Positions 53,543-64,000 of a DNA stretch of 64,000 nt are shown here, piece by piece. The stretch covers positions 24,490,001 through 24,554,000 of the forward strand of contig NC_043008.1 in the NCBI RefSeq assembly GCF_006345805.1, written 5' to 3'. The translations under genes and the position numbers were made by a program. The stretch's first letter is position 1. Each line of letters opens with the position of its first letter. The stretch comes from Octopus sinensis. Its lineage: Eukaryota. Under the pieces are notes generated by a model. It did not search any database, was not told the DNA's origin, and saw only the letters and a list, made by a program, of their open reading frames with translations.

Positions 53543-53629
53543 CATGGCAGAAATAAATAAACACTCTTGTGATCATTAAAATTTATTTAAATCCAAAATT
53601 ATATTTTTATTAATTGTTATGTGAGTATT

Positions 53630-54300
53630 TTATATCTAGTAGACATGCCCTTTGTACTTTTTTAATGCAAGGACCATATTAGCCATGTTACTGATCAGAT
53701 GAATATTTTGTTGCGGATTGCATGCCACGTTTCATGCAGTAGTCTCAAAAGATATGGTTTTGAAGATGTTCTCTTGTTCGTTTTATGAAGTGTTTCTGTC
53801 CATTATATCCCAGAGGTGTTCAAAAGGGTTCATATCTAGTTATTGGCTTTTTAATGCCAATCTCATTCAACAAATCTTGGATCATTTTAGCTGTGTGACA
53901 AGGAGTCCCATCTTCCATAAATAAGAGTATTCTTTAATCATTTTACCACTGGAGAAGATTGAAAGGAGTGCTTTCTGCAATATGCACGCATATTTATCTG
54001 AGTTTAAGTTTTCCTCACACTCCACCAGCTCTCATCAACGATTGCTCCAAATTGCTCCAAAGATCATCACAGAATAGCTGCCGTGTTTCATTGTTGGCTT
54101 CAACTTTTTTCACATGGAATTCTTGATCACAGTCTCCAGACCCACATTCGACCACTATCAGGAAATACAGCAAATCTTGACTCATCAGGGATTATGACAG
54201 TGTCTCAAAATGCTTGTAACCTCTCCACCATCTCACCGGCCCCGTTTTTCTCCACTTGAATTGGCTTCCTTGGTGCTGCTCTGTCATCAAGTTTGTGGAG
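53630..54300 (-). mobile_element. Tc1-like transposase remnant
   Basis: FMEDGTPCHTAK, DMNPFEHLWDIM, LALKKYKGHVY. Confidence 0.75.
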
Positions 54301-54329
54301 ATACATGACAGCTGTTCTGGGACTGATAT

Positions 54330-54892
54330 CAACTTGTTCTCTCAGAGGCCTTAAAACGAGGATAGTCCTTCACACAAGAAAAAACCCGGGCTAGTCAAGT
54401 CTGGGGAACGTGAAGTCCAGTAGACATTGCCGTAGCGAGAAATTATTCTCTCTCCAGAGCACTCTCGGAGTAACTGCATTGTAATGAACATTTCCCCTAT
54501 CTTGCTGGAACCATGTGCAAGGTCTACTTTGAATGGCCTTCACGTTCCCTAGACTTGATTAGCCCGGATTATTTTGTGGGGATACCTGAAAGAGAGGGTT
54601 TACTTAAAAAAACCGGAGATCCTAGTGCAACTGAAGGAGGACATCAAGAAAGAAATAAGAGAAGTGCGGTCTGAAACACTTGATTTGGAAAGAGCACAGG
54701 CGTATGAAGCCGAAAATGGCTGCCATTTAAGCGATGTCATTTTTGAATTTTGGTGTAGTGTAGTGTAAACTTTCACTTGTGGATATCAATTTTCCTTCTG
54801 TCATCTGTATCAAAATTTCATGCATTTATTCGTAAAGTTAAGGAAGTTATTAAAAACTGAAACCCCTCAGTGGATTTTGGGGCACCCTATAT
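54330..54892. mobile_element. Tc1/mariner-superfamily transposase fragments in opposite orientations
   Basis: Minus: RIISRYGNVYWTSRSPDLTSPGFF. Plus: EWPSRSLDL...WGYLKERVY...QLKEDIKKEI. A TIR-like end GGGGCACCCTATA lies at ~54880. Confidence 0.75.
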
Positions 54893-54918
54893 ATGTATAC
54901 ACACATATACACAAGCAT

Positions 54919-54952
<34 letters not shown>

Positions 54953-55487
54953 ATGCATGTATATATACATATATATATATGTATATATATATCCTTCACA
55001 CGCGCGCGAACACACACACACACAATACACACATATACAAAAATGTATGTACGTGTGTATGTTGTATGTTACCAAATGGTTTTAAATTTGCTAATTAGCT
55101 ATTCATTGTATGGCCTCCGGATATGCTATTCAACTATAAAAACTATTTCATGCCTATTTAAGAAGTCGATTGTGGCAGACATTTCTGATTACGATGATGT
55201 GTAAACTTTGCACGTTTTGCATCGTCCATAGGATGATTCACAGTTAATCGTAAATAGTGGAAGCTGATTATGTAGGAAACTAGCAGTAATGCCCGTCGTT
55301 GATCGGGTAATTACTTTTACTCTTTATGTGTGTGTGTATTTTATTATTAAAAAAAAACTCGTAATAATTGAAGTAGAAAAAAGATCCATTTCATACAAAG
55401 ACTTCTGTTTGTTTATTGTATGACAGTAATAAGTGAGTTGTATGTGTTATTTTGAATATTAATACAGTAATGGCAATTATTCAGTAC

Positions 55488-55600
55488 ACAAGGCTTTGGT
55501 CGGCACGGAGCCGTAATTGCTCAACAGGCCGCATAGTGGGACTGAACCCAAAGCGACATGATTGGATAGCATGCTTCTCCACTACACAGCCACGCCTATA
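55488..55600 (-). mobile_element. SINE family 3, 5' fragment
   Basis: GGCGTGGCTGTGTAGTGG head and GGTTCAGTCCCAC B-box-like motif. Confidence 0.6.
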
Positions 55601-55730
55601 AAGGAGAGATACATTTTCAATAGCATACTCCTTAATACAATATGCTTAACAAAAAGAATGGATGTTTACCGCGAGAAGACCTTTGGTTTTAATATCTACT
55701 CGACCAATGCAAAAACTAACAACGCTACAC

Positions 55731-56210
55731 CATAGAGGGTGTTCCAGAATTAACTACTTGTTTCAATGAAACAAATTTAAAAAGATTAAATTAAATTAAA
55801 TTAAAAAGCAAATTAAAAAGAAAACTGACAGAGTTGTTACCTAAACAAATAGATTTATAAATCTTTCTTCGAACTTTTCTTGGAAACGTTCAACATGGCT
55901 GTATCCTTCAAGTCTCTCCTTAGCGTTGTGAAACATATTTTGAAACATTTCAGGAATTAGATCCTGCACTGCTAACTGGATGTGTTCTTTAAACTCAGCT
56001 AAACGATTAATCCATCTCGGGGATGGAGATAAAGAAAATGATTGCTGCCAAATTGAAAATAAAAGGGGTCCAACAGGAATGAAAATTGAACTATAAACAA
56101 AATTCAAAATTTATACACTTTCAACCCTTATTAAACTTGATAAAAATAAATAAAAGTTTTAAAAGAATGCATCTGATTTCACTCAATCATTAAATCTTGG
56201 AGACCCTGTA
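55731..56210 (-). mobile_element. Short non-autonomous Tc1/mariner derivative
   Basis: TIR-like TAGAGGGTGTTCC...GGAGACCCTGTA; C-terminal remnant LAEFKEHIQLAV...MFQNMFHNAKERL. Confidence 0.5.
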
Positions 56211-56651
56211 TTTACTCCTCCGACTAAACGGGAGAGGGATTACAAGGGATGACTAACTGCAGGTGGCGAGCGTAGCATCCGAAAGTGGTCATACAATCAA
56301 ACTCAAATGGCTGTGTGTCACAACAGCAGTTTGTTTTTATTGTTTTGTTTTTTGTATGACCATTTTGCATTATATAGTTAAATCATGGGTGACATAGAAA
56401 GCCGACATGCTGCCGGGCCATGCTGCGCTGTGCAGAATTGGAAACGTGAAACACCAACATGATACTTCTGGAGAATGGATGAATGCCTTTACCCAGCCTC
56501 TCACACGCACATGGTCCGGTGGTGCGCGCAGCAGGGCGCCGACAAAAAATTTAATGTTCTTCTCATTTCATCTTCCAAATTGGAAGAAAAGGTTTTTCAC
56601 GAAATATTATACGCTACTTATAATGCATAAGTAGAGTCAATATTTAATAGT

Positions 56652-56752
56652 CGGGGCGAACTGGCAGAAATGTTAGCACGACGCACAATATATTACCGGC
56701 ATTTCGTCTGTCCTTACGTTTTGAGTTCAAATTCGGCCGAGGTCAACTTTGT
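56652..56752 (+). mobile_element. SINE family 1, 5' fragment
   Basis: GGCGAACTGGCAGAAATGTTAGC...GAGTTCAAATTCGGCCGAGGTCAAC. Confidence 0.75.
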
Positions 56753-57796
56753 TTTAGTGTCTAAAAGAAAAACTAGCATCTGAAAATTTGGTCTTTGGGC
56801 CTGAAACCGCATGCTTATGCAAAACCATTGATTTGTTTAGTTAGTTACGGAACGTTCTATTAAATATCCGTTCAGATATTTGTTAGGGAACAGCTGATTG
56901 TCAGATGGGGCCAAATCAGGAGATTAGGAACGGTGATCAAACAATTCAAACCACAGTGACGCACAGCAGAGGTTTTTCTTTTTCTTTTTTGTTTTCAAAC
57001 AGTCTTCGTTTGTATGTCATTTTCCTGTTGGATAGATTTGTAAATTATGTGTGAAATATATAAAGCGATTACTGTGGGCTTCAGAAAGCTGCATAATTTA
57101 TAGTATTAGCATATACTTTACTGTCTAATTTCATATTTCCCCGAAGGTATTGGTACACTTCAAAATTGAGTCAAATAAGTAACTGTCAAATATTACCGTT
57201 CATATAATCAAAGGTGTCCATTAAGCATTTTCCCAGTGTGAATCCACTAACAGAGACAGCGAGAGAGAGAGAGAGAGAGGGGGGGAGAGAAAGAAAAAGC
57301 GAGAAAAAGAAAGTAAAGAAAGAGTGAGAGAAACAGACCATAAAATAGTGGACTAATGACAAATATTCTTTGTATGGAACCATCAAGTTATGCAATAAAA
57401 TCTTTCAATATATGAGGATGTTATGTTCATTTCAAAACATTATAAATGTGCTCGAAACATCTTGAGCATACTTGGAATAATCTATTTAAAGTGAAACTTA
57501 TTGAAGTTCGTTTGATAGATCATTCAAAATAGAAAAATAAGATTTTACTAAGCATTCTTAATTATGATTAATATTAAAGGATTTGGTACATCCATCAATC
57601 CATACACACACACATACACATACACACGCACGCACACATACGCACGCGCGCATATATATATTTGTAAATGGTAAGGGTCTGTGTAAAGTTGTACATAAAT
57701 TAAAAAAATTAAATGTAGTGATATGCAACTTCGTAGTAATCCTTATTATTAATATTGTCGATACACACACACATATATATATATACATATATATAC

Positions 57797-57827
<31 letters not shown>

Positions 57828-57869
57828 CATATATATGTGTGTATATATAAATGTATATATGTATATATG

Positions 57870-57901
<32 letters not shown>

Positions 57902-57969
57902 TACATTTATATATACACATATATATATGTATATATATATACATATATATATATATGTATATATATATA

Positions 57970-58000
<31 letters not shown>

Positions 58001-58075
58001 GTGTGTGTGTGTGTGTGTATCGACAATATATATATATATGGGTATGTGTAAGTATTTCACTTATATCTCGCGTAT

Positions 58076-58136
58076 TTGCCGCTGAAGAGGGGAAAATTTC
58101 TAACGAATTAACCCCGAAATTGGACCAATACGGTAA
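58076..58136 (+). ncRNA. Apparently intact type I hammerhead ribozyme
   Basis: TTGCCG-CTGAAGA-GGGG[19 nt]CCCC-GAA-ATTG[GAC]CAAT-A-CGGTAA. All core nucleotides and three helices are present; AUA triplet. Confidence 0.85.
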
Positions 58137-58351
58137 TAACGAATTTTTTAGAGATTTCTATCGGTTTTATTTCGAAACGCATTAATTATAATGGTTTATT
58201 GACAATCATTGTCTTTTTTTCGGCATATTTGGCATTAGAATTTTTCTTTTGCCCTTATTTTGTAAATTATTTATAAATTTAACCTTTAAAGGTATTTTTT
58301 GATATGCTGGCCATTGATAAATTTTTTCCCCGAAATAAATTTTATCCTACA

Positions 58352-58435
<84 letters not shown>

Positions 58436-58522
58436 TTATATATACACATATATATGGGTTACACCTGGTATATGCCATCTTCCGTCTTTCATTTGCCATA
58501 TATATGTATGTGTGTGTGTGTG

Positions 58523-58560
58523 CTAGCAGAGATACCTGGCGTTGCCCGGGATTAAAAGGG
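58523..58560 (+). mobile_element. Possible Helitron/Helentron-type terminus
   Basis: CTAGCAGAGATACCTGGCGTTGCCCGGG. A similar ACTAG + 8-bp hairpin (CACCGTCC/GGACGGTG) occurs at ~25333-25370. Confidence 0.35.
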
Positions 58561-58577
58561 CATAGTTTTTTTATTGT

Positions 58578-58770
58578 TTCATTGTTTCCGTCATGTGACT
58601 GAGGCCATGCTGTAGCACCACCTTTCGTCGACGAAAGGATTTAGTCTTTGTAAGCCTAGTACTTCTATCAGTTAGTTTTCTCAAACGGCTATGTTACAAG
58701 GATGTAAACACACCAACATCAGTTGTCAAGTGATGGTGGGGGCACAAACACAGACACACAGACATACATA
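58578..58770 (-). mobile_element. SINE family 3, 3' fragment
   Basis: Homology to 30665-30860 and 23520-23755. Confidence 0.65.
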
Positions 58771-58816
58771 TATATATATACATATATATATATGCATATA
58801 TATATATATATATATA

Positions 58817-59132
58817 TTAGAAATATTAAAATTACTAAGTCTCTCTAAAGGAATTTACGGCAGCATTACTGGATATTAATAGTTATCGCCATACTAATAT
58901 GGCAGTCTATAAATATAAGACTAAAACTGTCGCTGATTAGCTCCAAGAGGCCATCGCCTCTAGCTAGCTATATGACACACGAACCTGCGTCCATTACAAC
59001 CTTCGAACAGGGGAGGTCAGCCGCTTCACCTTGCTAGTCAGACATCTACAGGCATGTTTCAGGGTTGTTGCCCTTTATCAATGCAGCGTAGTCAGAACCA
59101 GCAGGTGTCGCTACTGACCGTCTGTTCGAAGA
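58817..59132 (-). mobile_element. Second copy of the retrozyme-like repeat (HHR at 59086-59046)
   Basis: Colinear with 13682-13976. HHR reads CTGCA-TTGATAA-AGGG[CAACAA]CCCT-GAAACATGCC-TGTAG. Confidence 0.8.
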
Positions 59133-60262
59133 TTTTATTGCAGATTTGCTTCGTGGAGGAGTTGCAATTAGACGTATTGCTGAGACGCTTAGGGCCTCTG
59201 TGAGCACTGTCTAAAGCGTTAAAAACCGAATGCTGGATATGGGAAGCATCAAGAGAAAGCAAGGAAATGGAGGCATAAATAAAAAACGTGATAATGCATT
59301 TCTTAAATCTCTCAAAGCCAAAATTTCGAAAGACCCAACAACATCCATGAGAAAGCCATCCAATGACATGAAAGTTGACCCAAAAGCCATCAGAAATGCA
59401 GTACACACTGATTTACTATTGGGGTCATATGTGATGACGCCTTCCTAGATACCTATTGACCCATGCAGTGAAATCCAGAAGGCATGAACGGGTCAAAAAA
59501 GTGTTGCGATACCTGAAGCACAATGGAGACACCGCCAAAATCTTTTCGGATGAAAAAGTCTTTACCATTGATGCTGTTTTAAACCGTCGCAACGATCGAT
59601 ACTTTGCTAACTCACTTCTGAAGTAAAGGGCGTCTTTAGGACCAAGGACCCTAGCTTCAGCTCAGGTAGTAGTACTTGGATCGTGGTGCTTAACGGAAAA
59701 CTGATGCCTCTCCATTTTTCCAAGTCTGGGGAAAAGGTGGGGGCTGAAGTTAATTATAGAGTCCTGCGGCATAAGGTTTTGCCTTGGCTGAAGTTTAACT
59801 ATCCCAATGGTAATTATGTGTGGACCCAAGATGGTGCTCCTCCTTGTACCGCAATGTAAATGCAATAATCCTGCGAAGACAGCTTTGCCGACATTTGGCC
59901 TGCCAACTTCTGGTCTTCTTGCAGCCCACACTGGAACTCCCTGGACTATGCCACATGGGGAAAATTAGAAATTAGAGCACTCTATCAACAGAACTTCGCA
60001 TCCAAATGTTGATAATCTTAAGTAAATCCTGAGGGAAGAGCGCCACAAGTTTGAGTACTTCATCATGAAGTGTTGTGATGCCATAAGGTGGCGTGTGAAG
60101 GCTGTGCTGAACAATGAAGCCGGACATATTGAATAAGTTGTCTTTTTCTATCCCTATAAACTTGGGTTAAAATTATATTTATGTCAGGTTGTTGGATATT
60201 GTAAAATAAACAATTTGGTGAATTATACATTATTTTCCAAGTTTTGCTTCCCCAATCTGTGT
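59133..60262 (+). mobile_element. DD37D (maT-type) transposon, degraded
   Basis: HTH region, KIFSDEKVFTIDAVLNRRNDR, WTQDGAP and NSLDY with 37 residues between the second and third Asp. Confidence 0.88.
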
Positions 60263-60469
60263 ATATATAGTAAAGATTATTTGCCAACATAACGGGGTAG
60301 TTCTGGCGAGGAAGAATGTTACTGTTATTGTTGTTGTTGTCCTCTTAACCAGGACTGCCATGTTGTGTGGCCAAATAGTCTTTACTCTAGAATAATGATA
60401 CTGAATATCTCTTTTTGAGAGATTCACAAATTGATTTTACATATATATAATTACATTTGGTTAGACTAT

Positions 60470-61420
60470 ACATTTTTTAATAATTAAGTAATATTTTTAT
60501 TAAGTAGTATTACATTTAAGTAAATTAGTTTTTATTTTAATTTATATTATGTTTAACTTTATTATCGTGTGAAATATTAAATCTATAGATATTACACATA
60601 AATATTAATAAAATAGTAAGTTTATATAATGAATTTGTGTATATTTGAACTATATCCTATGTTTTATTGTATTATTCATGACTAGTAATAGCATTGGGTA
60701 TATTAATAAGACGCTAAAACATATATTTTTATACATTTAAAATCCAGATAGATTAATTTAATCGTTGAACTTCGTAACATAGTTTGTTTATCAATATTAT
60801 TTGGATCTTGTATTATTTTGAGTTTGAACGTTGTTATTATTATTGTTATTGACTGGATTTGTAGTGGACTGTCGGTTGTGGCTGAATATCTTCGTTGTGT
60901 ATTGTTTATCTGTTATAATATTCTTGCACCTTTCTTTAATTTTGGGGGCTTAAATGTTTCTTACTTTCCATTAGTAAATAATTTACGGCATTATATCATT
61001 TTTATATATATTGATAGTTATAAGTTACGATAGATATTAATTTTTAGATCTATTTATTTAGAATGATTTATTATTTTTTATAAATGGATCTAACGTATTA
61101 CATTTAATTTAATTTGAGAATTAATTTTGTTAGGCAATATATTATTTAATAATTAGGTGGTATATTTATTAAGTAGTATTAAATTTAAGATAATTAGGTA
61201 TTATATTAAATGATATTTAGTCAACTATATTATTGAGTAATATATTGAATCTATAGATACTACACATATATATTAATTATATAGTCAGTTGATTTAATGA
61301 GTTTGTCTATATTTGAACCATTTCTTATTTTGATTACTATATTTATGGCTTGTACTAGCATTGTGTATATTAATTAATTTTAAATTATTGTTTAATTTAT
61401 GTATTGTTTTTAGTTTACCC
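60470..61420. repeat. AT-rich direct duplication (probable decayed PLE end)
   Basis: ~60480-60710 resembles ~61150-61380 (TTTATTAAGTAGTATTA, AATCTATAGATA, TATATTTGAAC, TAGCATTG). Confidence 0.5.
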
Positions 61421-61440
61421 TTAATGTATATTTAGTAGCT

Positions 61441-61472
<32 letters not shown>

Positions 61473-61729
61473 CAGTGTACATTTAAGCACATAAGAGGTA
61501 TCCATAATAGGACTACTTACACTCTAGAGAGTACAGTTAAATTCCAAACCGCTATTAGGGATAAAATTTCGAAGGGAATGAAAAATAAATGCATTTACCA
61601 TCTAACTCCTGGACCAATGGTTTCAGACCTTTTTAGCAAACAAAATAATTTGCTAGGTGAAGCCTTCTTCAGCAGGTACACTTAGATTAAATATATATAC
61701 ACGAGGCAATCCAGTATATGCCCCGTGCC

Positions 61730-61862
<133 letters not shown>

Positions 61863-61869
61863 CTGTGTC

Positions 61870-63070
61870 TGGGGAGAGTAATTTTCTTTTTGTGCCTTAT
61901 AATGTAACATATTCACCGGTAAAATTTCCATTTATTTCTCATTTTTATTTTCCTAAAATTTTCGTTGTGTCTTGCAACCTCTTCAATAGTCTTGACTCCG
62001 TCTGTTATTTACACTGCGTTCCCTTTTTGTTTGTTTGTGCGCATGTGTGTGTGTGCCTATACATGCATGTATGTATGTGTGTGTTTGCATGTGTATGTAT
62101 GTATATATATGTGTGTGTATGCATATGTATATATGTATGTATGTGTGTGCATCTGTATGTGCGTTTCCTGCATATTTATGTGCTTGCATGTCCGTGTTTG
62201 TGTATTTTCAATGTATGTGTGTGTGAGCATGTGTGCGCACCTCTGTCTCCTTGTGTGTGCATGTTTGTATGTGCGTGTTATGCAACTATGTACCATGTTT
62301 GTATGCATGGATGTGCATCTTTATATATGTGGATCCGTGTCTCCATATGTATCTGTTCCTGTAACCTACGTACCTATCCGTCTGTATGTTGATCTGTTTA
62401 TTTTCATATCTATATGCTTACATACAGAAAAAAGGTGCATACACACACACTCACACCCCCCACACACATACAAACATTTATCTACCTGACAGTCCACTAA
62501 CTATTCTACTCTACCTGTGTAAACTGTGGGTATGGAGGTATGGTATCTACTATGTATATTTCCTATTTAGTATTGGGGAGGTTTCATTTATAAGGACGTT
62601 TTCCTGTATTTGTCTGAGTGTTGGATCTTTTGGGTGCTTGGATAAGATGCGGATGTCAAGTTGACCCAAGTTACCTCCATGGTGGTCTTTGGCATGTTGG
62701 TAGAGTATGGAGGACTGTTTTCTGTCGTCATATTGTCTTAGATGTTCATTTATTCCTTCTATGCATCTTATGCTGTAAACTACATTTCAAGTTCTACAGT
62801 TAATACCAGGGCTAATCTTACATTCCATGCAGTTATCACTGGTGCACATGGTATTCTTAAAGGTGTACGTCCTACATAGTTGTGATCTGACAGAGTTCCC
62901 TAATTTTCAACAATTTTAATGTTGAGTTTGGTCTCCTTCAGAGCTTTTCTAAATCTACGGTCTAGCTCTCCATGGGCTGTGGCCTCTACAAACATCACTC
63001 CTTGATATTTGTCGGTTTTATACCACGTGTTCACCCTGCTTGCTTTGTCACAAGTTCTTTGTATTCTATT
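61870..63070 (-). mobile_element. PLE GIY-YIG 3' fragment with pseudo-LTR
   Basis: EHLRQYDDRKQSSILYQHAKDHHGG...DPTLRQIQENVLINETSP. A decayed TTGAAGA-G-GTTG...CAAC-GAAA motif lies near 61950-61990. Confidence 0.75.
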
Positions 63071-63525
63071 CTATTCTTTGTTTCTATATCTAGAGAGGGA
63101 GAGAGAGAGAGAGAGAGAGAGGGAGTAAAAGAGAATGTGAAAGAGCGAGAGAGAAAGAGAGTGAAAGAGACAGTGAGTGCTGATGGCGTTCGTTTTGTGT
63201 TTTTAAATGTTTACCACATCGCAAGAGAAGTAGATACACAGATACATATATATATTGTTAAATCAAAAGCGGGAGAGAAGAGGGACACAAAGGAAGTGAA
63301 AGAGACAGTAGATACATAAATTCAACGAAATGTTTCTACATAGATACAGAGACACAGCAAATATTGGCTGTCAATTTCATTTTTCATTACCTCACGAGGA
63401 TAAAATTAACTCAGAAATGGCTCAGTACTTCACAAACATAACATCAACGTAGTTTTCAATGAGATTCAGCCTCACACAGAATATGAAAAGGCTGGCCCCT
63501 CTGAATTACAGCTACAACTCGAGAC

Positions 63526-63580
<55 letters not shown>

Positions 63581-64000
63581 TAGGTGGATTCCCTTTGCGG
63601 ATCTATTTCTAGCGTTAGAGAGACTACATGTGGTCTCTCTCTTATTACTTGTATTAATAATTTTTACTGTATCACAGTTTTTTTACGCTAGGCCACTTGG
63701 TGTTTTAAATTGATGTTATTAATTAATATTCAATTTTTTTCACCCTTATTGTGAGTTTAATTATAAATTAATATGTTCTCAAACCGGCAGTAAATTACTG
63801 GGGTAGTATTTACATCCGGTATTTCCAACGCGCCAGGAGTGAGGATATTTGAATGCAACTGCAAATGTAATCGGCTGTGCCGTTCGCCTTTGCTCGGCTT
63901 CGTATGGATTTTGGTGTTCGATCCAGCAAATTATATTTTTGATATACTCTACTGAGGATTCGAAAATGATTATGTAAGTAAAATTAAACAATCTATTAAC

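Noticed and set aside
63770-64000. Helitron helicase-like RRTAQ stretch
   Set aside because: Similarity is too short and is cut by the window edge.

Overview
AT-rich, microsatellite-dense eukaryotic DNA with no host protein-coding exon that I can support. The SINE families and repeat landscape resemble a coleoid cephalopod (octopus-like) genome, but this is an inference. The window is a transposon graveyard containing: several Penelope-like elements (PLEs), including a nearly intact Naiad-type RT/GIY-YIG element at about 48978-53480 with inverted pseudo-LTRs; R4/Dong-clade non-LTR retrotransposons in (TAA)n tracts; a young RTE LINE with a 13-bp TSD; two sister mariner copies with shared inactivating lesions; other Tc1/mariner/DD37D remnants, MITEs and tRNA-derived SINEs. 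The main signal outside the ORF track is a set of type I hammerhead ribozyme (HHR) motifs. They occur in PLE pseudo-LTRs, in a 338-bp retrozyme-like repeat whose core carries a U3-A8 compensatory pair in both copies, in the tail of a tRNA-head/microsatellite SINE, and as an apparently intact ribozyme at 58076-58136. All motifs were read by eye; no alignment, folding or database search was run.
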